Assembly: GCA_031409275.1 (NCBI GenBank) | Contig: JANNXA010000016.1 | Location: 196,269-260,268 of the forward strand | Length of the DNA: 64,000 nucleotides | Origin: Planctomycetota bacterium | GTDB lineage: Bacteria; Planctomycetota; B15-G4; SIAN01 | Reading direction: 5' to 3' | Made by a program: the position numbers and the translations under genes | Notes under the pieces: model-generated | Told to the model about the DNA's origin: nothing | Database searches by the model: none | Seen by the model: only the letters and a program-made list of their open reading frames with translations | In this document: positions 9,525 to 19,606 of the stretch, piece by piece | Numbering within the stretch: the stretch's first letter is position 1 | Layout: every line of letters begins with the position of its first letter

Positions 9525-10817
9525 ATGGGTCGCTGCCGCCTCGCGTTCTGGTTTCCGACGCTCGTCGCATGGTTCGCGCTCGCCGCTGCGGCGCAAGCGC
9601 AGTTCACGCCCGGTGACATCTACGTCGCCTCGTGGAAGAAGACGATCTACAAGGTCGATCCGACGACCTGGGCCGTGTCGACGTTCGCCGACCAGAACGA
9701 CGGCATCGACGGGGTCAGCGGCCTCCTCTGGCACCCCAACGACGAGTTGCTGGTGCTGAGCTACTACAACGACACCGTGTTCAGCTTCGACGCCGCCGGC
9801 GTGGCCACCGCCAAATGGACAGCCGCCAATGGAATGAACGGCCCGTTCGGACAGAACGGCCTCGCGGCGACGATCGGCGGAGTCGTCTACCTCTCGAACT
9901 GGGACAACCGTGAAGTGCTCGACGTACAAGTCGGCGGGGTGCCCACCGTCCTCGCCGACGCGGTCGACGGCATCGTGCACGCCGACGGCTTCGTGCCGGG
10001 CCCCTGCAAGAACCTCTACGTCGCCAATCGCGATGGCAAGAACGTGCTGCACCTGACGCCGGGCGGAGTCACCAACGTCTTCGACACCCTGCCCGATCAG
10101 CCCATGTCGATCGCGCTACGTCCCGATGGCTGCATCTATGTCGCGTGCCTCTACGGCGACGTCTACAAGTACGACCGCCACCTTGCCACGACGAGGCGCC
10201 GGCTGGTGAGCTTCGGCCGCAAGCTCGCGACTCCGGTGATCCGCTTCAACCGCGACTACACGCAGCTGCTGTTCACCTCGTCCGGCAAGGGCAACCTCAT
10301 CGTGATCAATCCGGACACGGGCGCGCTGAACGAAGTGCTGCCGGCCGGCTCGCTCGGCTCGCCGCTCGGCATCGAGGTGGTCGGCGGCCACGATGACATC
10401 GGCATCTCCGCCTATGGCCATGACGAACGCGAACCCGGCACCGGCGACATCTACCCGTCGATCGACGCCAGCGGCCATCCGGTCTTCGGCGAGACGCTGA
10501 CGCTCGAGCTGCGCGACTTCGTCGGCGGCGGCCTCGTTTCCATCTTCACCGGTGTCGACGAGAGGCCTCAGACGCAGGGCAACGGGACCTTCTTCGTCGA
10601 CCTGATGGGCGGCTACACGGTGCTCCAGCTGACGGTCGGCGGTACGCCAGGAGTCGCCGGCGACGGCGACCTCGACTACAGCGATGACATCGGCGTCGAT
10701 CCGCTGCTCGACTGCGTCGATTGGTATCTGCAGGCCTACTGCGATGACCCGACGCCGCTGAACAGCTACCGCGTCTCCCTGAGCAACGCGCTCAAGCTGA
10801 CCACTCGCTCCTTCTGA
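9525..10817 (+). CDS. Secreted beta-propeller protein (SMP-30/NHL-like) with C-terminal beta-rich domain
   Basis: Signal peptide ending AAAQA; propeller-blade repeats (NLYVAN, CIYVAC); C-terminal WYLQAY.DDP...SLSNALKLT; GGAGA RBS. Confidence 0.7.
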   Translation: MGRCRLAFWFPTLVAWFALAAAAQAQFTPGDIYVASWKKTIYKVDPTTWAVSTFADQNDGIDGVSGLLWHPNDELLVLSYYNDTVFSFDAAGVATAKWTAANGMNGPFGQNGLAATIGGVVYLSNWDNREVLDVQVGGVPTVLADAVDGIVHADGFVPGPCKNLYVANRDGKNVLHLTPGGVTNVFDTLPDQPMSIALRPDGCIYVACLYGDVYKYDRHLATTRRRLVSFGRKLATPVIRFNRDYTQLLFTSSGKGNLIVINPDTGALNEVLPAGSLGSPLGIEVVGGHDDIGISAYGHDEREPGTGDIYPSIDASGHPVFGETLTLELRDFVGGGLVSIFTGVDERPQTQGNGTFFVDLMGGYTVLQLTVGGTPGVAGDGDLDYSDDIGVDPLLDCVDWYLQAYCDDPTPLNSYRVSLSNALKLTTRSF

Positions 10818-10850
10818 GCGACGCGCGACCACGGGCCGCGCGCCGCGACC

Positions 10851-11693
10851 TCAAGCGCGCGCGCGCGCCTGGATGAAGGAATAGAAGAAGACGGAGTTGG
10901 CGTCGCGCGCCACGCGGTCGAGTTCCACCTTCATGCCGTCGACGACGTCCTGGCTCACCTTCTTCGCCGCGAGCAGTTGCGGCGCGCCGGAGAGCAGGAG
11001 TTCGGTCCAGTAGGAGAGGAACTCGGCCCGCTCGCCGGGGGCGCGATTGTCGAGGTGGAACGTCTTCACGAAGGTCTGCACGTCGTGGAAGCCGACCTGC
11101 TGCAGCAGGTTGCCGAGCTTCGCGCCGACGAACGGATCGCCTCCGAGCTCGAGCTGATGGTCGTTGAAGGCCATCCAGTACTGCAGCGTCTTCGGGCTGT
11201 ACGGGTCGATGAAGAACGTCGCGTTCAGCACCTCGTTGACGACGACGGGGGAACCGGCCAGCAGCACTCGCCGCAGCTCGGAGAGGATGCGCGCGGGGTC
11301 CGTGACGTGCTCGAGGATCCAGCAGAGGAATCCCGAGTCGAACTGCTCGCGCTCGAAGGGCAGGCTGGTGGCATCCGCTTCGGCGAGCTCGTAGCGCCCC
11401 TTCGCCCACGGCACGCTCTTCAGGAACCGGCGCGCTTCGGCGATCTGCGTGGAGCTGCGCTCGACGCACGTCACCTCCAACGACGGGAAGTGGCGCAGCA
11501 GGATCTCGGTCTGCGCGCCGACGCCCGATCCGATCTCCAGGCAGCGACGGCGGCGATGGAACGGCAGGTGATCGTGCACCATCGGCTCGAGCACCAGCGC
11601 CTGCCGGCGCAGGCGCGCGCGCTCGCTTGCGCTGTAGCCGTGCAGGTAGCCGCGTTCGCGCGGCGCGGAGCGGGACGTCGTCTTGCGAGCCAT
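10851..11693 (-). CDS. Class I SAM-dependent methyltransferase
   Basis: CLEIGSGVG motif I, ADATSLPF..FD, WILEHV.DP...L.ELRRVL. Confidence 0.9.
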   Translation of the reverse strand: MARKTTSRSAPRERGYLHGYSASERARLRRQALVLEPMVHDHLPFHRRRRCLEIGSGVGAQTEILLRHFPSLEVTCVERSSTQIAEARRFLKSVPWAKGRYELAEADATSLPFEREQFDSGFLCWILEHVTDPARILSELRRVLLAGSPVVVNEVLNATFFIDPYSPKTLQYWMAFNDHQLELGGDPFVGAKLGNLLQQVGFHDVQTFVKTFHLDNRAPGERAEFLSYWTELLLSGAPQLLAAKKVSQDVVDGMKVELDRVARDANSVFFYSFIQARARA

Positions 11694-11727
11694 CGATCCA
11701 ACCTCTCGCGCAGCCTCGCGGCCGCGC

Positions 11728-12465
11728 TCACTTCACGCCGAGCAGGGCATCGGCGACCTTCTTCGGCGCCGAAAGGAACGGGCAATGGCCGGTCGGCAGC
11801 TCCTCGCACGCGACGTCGGCGCGAGCGGCCAGCGCCTTCAACGTCTCGGCGGGCAGCACGCGATCGTGACTGGCGATGAGCGCCGTGCGCGGGATCTTCT
11901 TCAGCAGCTCGGCGCTGGCGGTCGGATTGCCGGCGCCGATCTTCGCCGACTCGAAGGGCTCGGACGGTTGCGGGCGCACGCGCATGGCGGCGGCGGCCGC
12001 GATGCCTGGCACCACATCGTGCCAGAGGTAGGCGCTCGCTTTGGCGGCGTCGAGTTCGAGCGCCTCGCCGGACGCGCTCTTCTTGAAGCAGGCGCGGAAG
12101 CCATCGCTGAGCGGGGCCGCGGCGGCCACGCTCTTGAAGTCATCGCCGACCTTGGGCACCCACGCGGCGAGGTAGACGATGCTCTTCACCTTGGCCGCGG
12201 CGCGCAACGCCGCCTCGGTCACGTAGAGGCCGCCGAAGCTGTGGCCGACCAGCGTCCAATTGCGCCAGGCCCCGATGCGCTCGACCAGCCGCGCGACGCC
12301 CGCTTCGAAGGTCGCCTCGGACAGCGCCGTCGCATCGTCGCCCAACGCCGGCAGGTCGATCGCCTCGCATGCGACCGCGCGCCGCTCGAGTTCGAGCCGC
12401 AGCAGGTCGAAGCTCCACGCACCGTGCCAGGCGCCGTGGACGAAGAGGAATCGCGAAGAGGCCAT
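11728..12465 (-). CDS. Alpha/beta hydrolase (methylesterase/SABP2-like)
   Basis: FLFVHGAWHGAW, GHSFGG nucleophile elbow, HD and GHCPFLS. Confidence 0.92.
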   Translation of the reverse strand: MASSRFLFVHGAWHGAWSFDLLRLELERRAVACEAIDLPALGDDATALSEATFEAGVARLVERIGAWRNWTLVGHSFGGLYVTEAALRAAAKVKSIVYLAAWVPKVGDDFKSVAAAAPLSDGFRACFKKSASGEALELDAAKASAYLWHDVVPGIAAAAAMRVRPQPSEPFESAKIGAGNPTASAELLKKIPRTALIASHDRVLPAETLKALAARADVACEELPTGHCPFLSAPKKVADALLGVK

Positions 12466-12557
12466 GGGAGGCGCGGAACGATATCGCGAAGCGGGCGGCG
12501 CGCGACGCATCACTCGTCGACGCGACTGGCTACGCCTCAGCGCTATCCTCGCGCCGC

Positions 12558-13847
12558 ATGAGAATCTCGCTCGCCGTGCGCCTCGCGATCGCCTTCGCCG
12601 GCGCCTCGCTCCTCGCCCATGCGCAGGACGCCTCGACTCCGGAAGAGGTCGCGCTGACGGTCGGCCGCGACGGCCGCTCGATCGTGCGCGAGGTCCGCAG
12701 CGCACAGCTCGCGGGCGGCCGCTCGTCGCTGCGCGTCCTCGACGTGGCGCCACGGCTGCTGCCGGAGACGGTGACGCTGCGCGCGCTCAGCCAGCCCGAC
12801 CTCGTGCGTCTGTCCGAGCAGACCGCGTGGTTCGAGGTGCTGAACGTCGAGAAGGCGCTCGAAAGCCTCGCCGGGCGACCGGTCGAGCTGCTGCGCTTCC
12901 ATGAAGCGACCGTCGAGCGGCTCGAGGGCCGGCTCCTCTTCCCGCCCGTGGTCGGCAGCCCCGCGGGCGAGTTGAAGCTGCCGCTCTATCTCGAGCAGAT
13001 CGACGGCCAGATCCGCCTGTTCGACGAGGCGGAGATCGTCCTCGACGCGCTTCCGAGCGGCGATTGGAATCGCATGCGACTCGACTGGCGCCTCGACTGC
13101 GACCGCGCCGATCGGTACCGCTTCGAACTGCTCTACGCGACGCGCGGACTGAGCTGGAGCTGCGACTGGCAGCTGCGCGCGAACGCCGAGGGGAGCAGCG
13201 GCGACCTGTCGGTCGTCGTTTCGGTCGTCAACCAGAGCGGCGTCGCCTTCAAAGGGGCGCGGCTTGCGGTGCAGGATGAGACGATGCTCCATCCCGTCGC
13301 TGACGTCGCGACCTTGGCGCGCGAGGCGACGCTGCAGGTCGTGCTGGCGCAGCTGCGGGACGCCGCGCTCACGACGACGCCGACCTACGTGGTGCCCGGC
13401 ATCGACGGCCCCAGCGACTCCACTCCGGTGGTGCGCCGTTTCGACTTCGCCGCCGATTCGGCGGCGCGCATCGGCCGCGCGCTCCCTGCCGGCAACGCGC
13501 AGACGATCGTCCTCGACGCGCGCAATCGGCCATGGCTCAGCCCGACGACCGCAGTCGCCGCAACGCTGGGCGATGCGCTGCCGTCGTTCTTCGGCGAGCC
13601 GATCGCGGGAATCCGCGGCCGCTGCAACCAGGAGTCGACCGGGCCGCACTCGATGAGCTACCGCGTCGTGCTGACCAGCACTCGCGCCGACACGCTCGAC
13701 GTCGACGTAGCGATCCCGCTGGCGACGAATGAACGGATCGTCGAGCCGGCGATGCCGCAACGTCGCAGCGCCGACCACGCGTTCGTGCGCACGCGCGTCG
13801 GCAGCGCCGCGCCATCGACCGTGACGATCGTGGTGGACCGATCGTGA
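12558..13847 (+). CDS. DUF4139/DUF4140-like secreted protein
   Basis: Signal peptide, VALTV...VREVRS, LLYATRGLSWSCDW, VVNQSGVAFKGARL, LPAG. Confidence 0.7.
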   Translation: MRISLAVRLAIAFAGASLLAHAQDASTPEEVALTVGRDGRSIVREVRSAQLAGGRSSLRVLDVAPRLLPETVTLRALSQPDLVRLSEQTAWFEVLNVEKALESLAGRPVELLRFHEATVERLEGRLLFPPVVGSPAGELKLPLYLEQIDGQIRLFDEAEIVLDALPSGDWNRMRLDWRLDCDRADRYRFELLYATRGLSWSCDWQLRANAEGSSGDLSVVVSVVNQSGVAFKGARLAVQDETMLHPVADVATLAREATLQVVLAQLRDAALTTTPTYVVPGIDGPSDSTPVVRRFDFAADSAARIGRALPAGNAQTIVLDARNRPWLSPTTAVAATLGDALPSFFGEPIAGIRGRCNQESTGPHSMSYRVVLTSTRADTLDVDVAIPLATNERIVEPAMPQRRSADHAFVRTRVGSAAPSTVTIVVDRS

Positions 13848-15706
13848 AGCGTTGGCCGCTTGCGCCGATGCGTCTCGCGCCGTTGCTGCTTACGGCATGC
13901 GGCGATGATCCAGCCGCCGCCCCGACCAAGGGAACCGACGACGCCGCGGTCGCGCCGCAGGCGACCGCTCCGGTGCGCGTGCCCGTGCAGGACGTCTCGA
14001 TCGCGGGCGGTGATGGAATGCTGACGCCACGTGACGTGGCGCCGATCCCGGGTGAACGCTTCACCTGGATGCGCGAGGCGCTGGCCGGTTGGTGCCATCA
14101 GTCGTCGCGCAGCGGCGAGTACCGCTTGCCGGAAGTCGTCTCCGGCGGCGTCGTGCTGCTCGACTATGACGGCGACCTCGACCTCGACCTCTTCCTGGTG
14201 AACGCCGGCACGTGGCACGACCTCCAGCCTGACGCGCCGTTCCCAGGGCACGCACTGTTCCGCAACGACGGCGACCTGCACTTCACCGATGTCGCTGCGG
14301 AGGCGGGAGTGCGCGGCGTTGCCGGCAGCTACTGCACGGGCGCCGCTGCCGCCGACCTCGAAGGCGATGGAGACCAGGACCTGCTGGTCACGAGCTGGGG
14401 GCGCAACTTCCTCTACGTCAACGATGGCCATGGCCATTTCGACGAGCGCGCCGAAAGCGCGGGCGTCGCCGGCGGCGGCAAGTGGAGTTCGAGCGCCTGC
14501 TTCTTCGACGCCGATCGCGACGGGACGCTCGATCTCTACGTCGCGAACTACGTGGAGTTCTCCATCGAGGTGAATCGGGCGAATCCATGCGGAGTCGACG
14601 TGACCGGCGTGCGCGACTACTGCGCTCCGAAGGAGTACCTCGGCGTCCAGCACTGGTTCTTCCACGGCAAGGGCGACGGCACGTTCGTGGAGCAGGCGCG
14701 CGAGGTCGGACTGACGGCGACCCAGCCGCTCTCCGACCACTCGAAGGGGCTCGGTGTCGTGGCGAGCGACGTCGACGACGATGGCGACCTCGACCTCTAC
14801 GTCGCCAACGACGGCACCCCGAACTTCCTGTTCGTGAACGACGGCAAAGGGCAGTTCACCGAATGCGGTGCGCAGCGCGGCTGCGCCTACGGCGCCGACG
14901 GCCGCAGCCTGGCCGGGATGGGCGTCGACGCCGGCGACTACGACGGGGATGGCGACTTCGACCTGCTGTGCGTGAACCTCTCCTCGGAGATGAACAGCCT
15001 GTACCAGAACGACGGACGCGGCTGGTTCTCCGACGAGCACCGCGCCGCCGGGTTCGCGCTGATCGATCGCGGTGAAGTCGGCTTCGGAATCGACTTCTTC
15101 GACTACGACGACGACGGCGACCTCGACGTTCTGATCGCCAACGGCCACGTCCTCTTCAACGTCCACAAGTCGCGCGGCGGCGCCTGGTACATGCAGGCGG
15201 ACCAGTTGCTCGACAACGACGGCAAGGGGCGTTTCGCGCTGGTCGCGCCGGAGCAGGCCGGCGCCTACTTCACGGTGCGCAACGCGGCACGCGGGCTCGC
15301 GACGGGCGACCTCGACGGCGATGGCGACCTCGACGCGGTCATCGTGGCGCGCGACGAGCCGGCCGTGCTGCTGCGCAACAACCACGTGCCGCCGGGTTCG
15401 CGCGCCGATTCCTTCCTCTTCGCACTGTCGGCGAGCGGCCGCAACCGCGACGCCGTCGGCGCCAAGCTCACCTTGACCATCGACGGCAAGGCGCGAGTCG
15501 AGGAGGTCCGCGCTGGTTCCTCCTACGGCTCGAGATGCGACCTGCGCGTCCATTTCGGCGCCGCCGGGGCGAGTCAGGCCGAGAAGCTCGCGGTGCGCTG
15601 GCCCGACGGGACCGTGCAGGAGTTCGGTCCCCTGGCCGCGGGCGGCGAGTACACCTGGAAGCAGGGTGATCCGGCGCCACGGCAGCGGCGCGTGCTCCAG
15701 CGCTGA
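13844..15706 (+). CDS. CRTAC1-like FG-GAP repeat lipoprotein with C-terminal ASPIC/UnbV domain
   Basis: Lipobox LLTAC; repeated DxDGDGDLDL; C-terminal NRDAVGAK...GSSYGS...VHFG...VRWPDG; GTGA overlap with the upstream gene. Confidence 0.92.
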   Translation: MKRWPLAPMRLAPLLLTACGDDPAAAPTKGTDDAAVAPQATAPVRVPVQDVSIAGGDGMLTPRDVAPIPGERFTWMREALAGWCHQSSRSGEYRLPEVVSGGVVLLDYDGDLDLDLFLVNAGTWHDLQPDAPFPGHALFRNDGDLHFTDVAAEAGVRGVAGSYCTGAAAADLEGDGDQDLLVTSWGRNFLYVNDGHGHFDERAESAGVAGGGKWSSSACFFDADRDGTLDLYVANYVEFSIEVNRANPCGVDVTGVRDYCAPKEYLGVQHWFFHGKGDGTFVEQAREVGLTATQPLSDHSKGLGVVASDVDDDGDLDLYVANDGTPNFLFVNDGKGQFTECGAQRGCAYGADGRSLAGMGVDAGDYDGDGDFDLLCVNLSSEMNSLYQNDGRGWFSDEHRAAGFALIDRGEVGFGIDFFDYDDDGDLDVLIANGHVLFNVHKSRGGAWYMQADQLLDNDGKGRFALVAPEQAGAYFTVRNAARGLATGDLDGDGDLDAVIVARDEPAVLLRNNHVPPGSRADSFLFALSASGRNRDAVGAKLTLTIDGKARVEEVRAGSSYGSRCDLRVHFGAAGASQAEKLAVRWPDGTVQEFGPLAAGGEYTWKQGDPAPRQRRVLQR

Positions 15707-15745
15707 GCGAACTCCCGCTTCGAACGGGTTGCCGCGCGGCGGCCG

Positions 15746-17389
15746 TCAACCGCCGGTCGGTTTGGCGGGCGCGCCCGCGGGCGGCTGCTGCGATGGCCGG
15801 TACAGCTCGCCCATGGGAAGGGGAAGCGCTTCGCCCTTCTTCAGCTTCTCGACGTACTCGTCGAGCTTCGGCACCGCGTTGGGCGGCAGCGCTTTCTGGG
15901 CGCGCTCGAAGTACTTGAGAGCGGCGGCGTTGTCGCCGAGGTTGGCCGAGATGTACCCGAGCTGCATGCAGGTCGAAGGGCTGCGCGGACTCACCTTCTC
16001 GGCGCGCTCGCCCCAGAGCTTGGCCTGGTCGTACTCGCCGGCAAGGTTGAGCAGCCCGGCCAGGCGCGTCAGCAACGTCGGGCTTCGCTGCGACATCTCG
16101 AGTTCACGGCGCACGCGGGTCAGGTCCTGCAGCAGCGGCTCGATCTTCTGGTGGCGTGCCAGCAACCGCTGCCCTTCCGCCTGTTCCGCCGCATCCGTCG
16201 ACCGCGCCAGCAACAGCGCGAGGCGGTAGAGCGCGTCGAACAACATCGGATCCTGCGCAAGCGTCTTGCGGTAGAGCTCCTTCGCCGCGGCCGGATCGCC
16301 CACCTTCTCCCGCACCCGCGCGGCGATCAGCATCGCCTCCGGGTTCGTCGGCGCGATCGTGATGGCCGCATCGGAGTGCAGCTTCGCCTTGTCGAGTTCG
16401 GAGCGATCGAGGTGGATCTCGGCGAGCCGCATGTCGGCGACGAGGTGGCCGGGACCGACTTCGGTCGTCGAGAGGATTCGCGTGTAGCGCGCGATCGCAT
16501 CATCGAGACGTCCGGCGCCGCGATAGAGGTCGGCGAGGCGACCGAGGAATTCCGGGGTTCCGGGCGACAGCTCACACGCCTTCTCGAAGTTGCTGATGGC
16601 GTCCGCGTTGCGCTCGAGCATCGTCTGCGCCATCGCGAGCTGCGCGAACAGCACGGCCGATCGCGGCATCTTCTGGGTCAGCTGCTCGAAGAGCGCGATG
16701 CCCTCGTCGTAGCGCTGCAGCTTGACGTAGACGCCGGCAAGACCGACCACGGCGTCGCGCTCGTGGTGGGTGTCGGTGCGTTCCCAGTCGGTCGGCTTCG
16801 AGACGAGCTGCAGATAGACCCGCAACGCCTCCTCGTTGGCACCGCCGACCTCGGCGAGGATGCCGCTGAGGAGCATCCCTTCGTAGCTCTTCGGTTTGGT
16901 GACGCGCACGTAGTTCAGCTCGGAGGACGCCTCCTTCAGCCGACCCTGCGCGAGGTAGATGCGAGCTCGCGTCAAGTGCGGATCGACGGCGTTGGGGTCG
17001 TCGGCGGCGACTTCATCGACCAGCGCATGCGCCTGCGGGATCGTCGCGGGATTGCCCGCCAGGCACTCCGCGATGAAGAGGCGGATGCGCGGCGGCCGGG
17101 GATTGATCGTCTCCGCGGTCTTCACCGCATCTTCGAGGCGGCCGAGCTGACGGAGCGCGCGCGCCCGGATCTCGAGCACCACCGCATCCCCGGGATGCGA
17201 GACCAGCCAGTCATTCGACAGCGCCAACGCCGTGTCGACGTCGTAGGCAATGTAGGCCTGCCGGATCTTCTTCACGTCGTCGGGCAGGTCGTTCATGTTG
17301 ACCTGCGCCTGCTGCGGCGTGGCGAAGAGCACGCCCCCGGTCGGAGCGAGCGCGAGCAGGAAGGCGGACGCGAGAATCCTCGAGGTCAC
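15746..17389 (-). CDS. Tetratricopeptide repeat protein, secreted
   Basis: Signal peptide followed by many TPR-like helix pairs; GTGA overlap with the M28 gene. Confidence 0.88.
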   Translation of the reverse strand: MTSRILASAFLLALAPTGGVLFATPQQAQVNMNDLPDDVKKIRQAYIAYDVDTALALSNDWLVSHPGDAVVLEIRARALRQLGRLEDAVKTAETINPRPPRIRLFIAECLAGNPATIPQAHALVDEVAADDPNAVDPHLTRARIYLAQGRLKEASSELNYVRVTKPKSYEGMLLSGILAEVGGANEEALRVYLQLVSKPTDWERTDTHHERDAVVGLAGVYVKLQRYDEGIALFEQLTQKMPRSAVLFAQLAMAQTMLERNADAISNFEKACELSPGTPEFLGRLADLYRGAGRLDDAIARYTRILSTTEVGPGHLVADMRLAEIHLDRSELDKAKLHSDAAITIAPTNPEAMLIAARVREKVGDPAAAKELYRKTLAQDPMLFDALYRLALLLARSTDAAEQAEGQRLLARHQKIEPLLQDLTRVRRELEMSQRSPTLLTRLAGLLNLAGEYDQAKLWGERAEKVSPRSPSTCMQLGYISANLGDNAAALKYFERAQKALPPNAVPKLDEYVEKLKKGEALPLPMGELYRPSQQPPAGAPAKPTGG

Positions 17390-18501
17390 GGCAGGCTCCC
17401 ATCACGGGGATCACGAGACGGATCGCGGTCTTGGGCCGGCGCGAGAGGCGCGGGCTTCGCCTCCGGCCGGGTTCCGGGAAAGGCGAGCTGCGTCGGCACG
17501 AGCGTGGTGCGACCGCTCGCCGGATCGTCGAGGCGCAGCTTCTCCTGCACGTAGTCCCAGCGCAAGGGCTGGCGATGGCGATCGAACTCTGCGGCGATCG
17601 CGAGCGTCAACACGTGCATCTGCAGGAGATGCTCGGGCACGATCGCCTCGACACGATCGCGCGAAGTGTGCAGCAACGACACGTGTTCCATGTCGATGCC
17701 AAGGAGAGACGCGACCGGAAGGAAGCCTCGCTTGAGTTCGTGGCTGTCGGATGCTTCGCCAGGGAAGTCGACGACCTGAAGCGGCACGTTCGCACGTGCC
17801 GCCGCGTCGGCGACGTACTCGAGGATGCCGGCCGAAGAGCCGCCCCACCACGCGCGCGGCGCCGCGACGCCAGCGCATTCGACGGTGACGAAGGCGTCGA
17901 TCTTCGCCGCCTGCTTCTCGCGCACCGTGCTCACCCACGACGCGGAGCCGAGGCAGCCTTGCTCTTCGCCCGCGAAGCCGAGGAACATGAACGTGTGCTC
18001 GTGGTTGCTGCCCTTCAGCGCGCGGTAGAGGTTGGCCAGCAGGACGCAGCCCGACCAGTTGTCGATCACGCCGCGCGAGCCGTCCACGGTGTCGTAGTGC
18101 GCGGCGAATCCGATGATCCGCTTGGTCGTGCCGGGCAGCACGGCGATCACGTTGCGGCCGACGTCGCGCCAACGCGCCTCGAAGCGCGCCAGCTCCGTCT
18201 CGCGATCGGCGGCGCTCGCGTTCGTGGCGTCGAGGCGCGCGACCAACGCGGCGCGCGCGCTGTCGAGCTTCGGCGCCAGCAGCGCTCGATCGAGCGGCAC
18301 CAGGGCCACATCGTCGGCCTCGGCCCCGGCTTCGAGGAAGAGCTCGGCCAGCCGCTTCTCGCGCTCGCTGTTGTCAGCGGGAGCGCGGCTGAGTTCGTCC
18401 ACCATTCCCTCGACGGGCATGGGACGGAGCACCAGCGGCGGCGCCTCCTGGGGCGCCAACATGCAGGCGGCGAACGCGAGCGAGGGGGTGACGAACGCCA
18501 T
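17386..18501 (-). CDS. M28 family peptidase
   Basis: GRNVIAVLPG, AAHYD, GVIDNWSG, FAGEEQGCLGS, SDS, LHTSRD. Confidence 0.88.
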   Translation of the reverse strand: MAFVTPSLAFAACMLAPQEAPPLVLRPMPVEGMVDELSRAPADNSEREKRLAELFLEAGAEADDVALVPLDRALLAPKLDSARAALVARLDATNASAADRETELARFEARWRDVGRNVIAVLPGTTKRIIGFAAHYDTVDGSRGVIDNWSGCVLLANLYRALKGSNHEHTFMFLGFAGEEQGCLGSASWVSTVREKQAAKIDAFVTVECAGVAAPRAWWGGSSAGILEYVADAAARANVPLQVVDFPGEASDSHELKRGFLPVASLLGIDMEHVSLLHTSRDRVEAIVPEHLLQMHVLTLAIAAEFDRHRQPLRWDYVQEKLRLDDPASGRTTLVPTQLAFPGTRPEAKPAPLAPAQDRDPSRDPRDGSLP

Positions 18502-18559
18502 GCCTTCTGGACTCCAGGTGCGGTGATTCAACGATCGCAACGAGCTCGTGGCGAATCGA

Positions 18560-19606
18560 TCATCCGCGATCGGGCAGCACTTTCCCTTCGGACGACTGCA
18601 GCTTGTCGCGGATGAGCGAGAGCAGGAACTCGTTCTCATCCCGATCGGCTTTCGCCTGCAGCTCGCGATAGCGCGCGACCGCGACCGCCGCCTCTTCCTT
18701 GCGTCCGAGCGCGCGCAGCGCTCTCGCCAGGTAGCTCCACGCCATGCGATCGTCGGGCTTCCCGCTGGTCACCGACTGCAGCAACGGCAACGCCTCGGCG
18801 GCGCGTTCGCGCTCGAACAGGAAGACGCCGTAGCGGAACGCCGCCGAGAACCGGCTTCGATCGGGGCCGGTCGAGACGGCCTTGGCGAAGAGCGGCTCCG
18901 CCTCGGCGGGTCGCCCCGCTTCGGCGATCGTGACGGCCAGCTTCCAGCGCGCGTCGGGATGCGGCGGGGCGAGTTCCATCGCGAGGCGGAACTCCTTCTC
19001 GGCGCGGTCGAGCCGACGCAGGTTCAGCTCGTTCTCGCCGAGCGAGAAGTGGTTGATCGCCGCGTTCGGCGCGAAGGCGATCGACTTCTCGAACCAATCG
19101 CTCGCTTCGAGGCGCTTGTTCACCATCGCGCACGCCATCGCGAAGTTGAAGACGAGCTCGCCGTAGGAAGCATCGCTGGTGAAGCGCGTCACGGCGGGCC
19201 GCAGCACGGCCTCCGCCTCTTCCGGCCGCGAGGTCTGCAGCAGCACGACGCCGAGCGCGTTGTGGGCCGGCGCGAAGTCGGGCATCTTCGCGAGTGCCGC
19301 GCGCACGTGCGGCTCGGCGGAACGCCATTCCGCGCGCATCAACCACAGCGTCCCGACGACCATGACGTAGCCCGGATCGGCGCTCTGGTTGGCCGCCAGC
19401 GACTCGATCTGGGCGCGCGCCGCATCGCGCTCGCCCTTGTCGAAGCGCGCGAACGCCTGACTCAGCGCCGGATCGATTCCGGGCAGGGTCTGCGCCTTCG
19501 CGGCCGACGCCCCCGACGCCAACGTCAGCGCCGTCGCGACGGCGGCTGCCAGAAGCGCGCGGCGCCAAGCGAGGTTTCGATCGCAGCGAGTCGGCGTGCG
19601 CTTCAC
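18560..19606 (-). CDS. Tetratricopeptide repeat protein, secreted
   Basis: Signal peptide (possibly Tat, WRRALL) and TPR repeats; GTG 19606 overlaps the upstream stop (alternative ATG 19621). Confidence 0.85.
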   Translation of the reverse strand: MKRTPTRCDRNLAWRRALLAAAVATALTLASGASAAKAQTLPGIDPALSQAFARFDKGERDAARAQIESLAANQSADPGYVMVVGTLWLMRAEWRSAEPHVRAALAKMPDFAPAHNALGVVLLQTSRPEEAEAVLRPAVTRFTSDASYGELVFNFAMACAMVNKRLEASDWFEKSIAFAPNAAINHFSLGENELNLRRLDRAEKEFRLAMELAPPHPDARWKLAVTIAEAGRPAEAEPLFAKAVSTGPDRSRFSAAFRYGVFLFERERAAEALPLLQSVTSGKPDDRMAWSYLARALRALGRKEEAAVAVARYRELQAKADRDENEFLLSLIRDKLQSSEGKVLPDRG

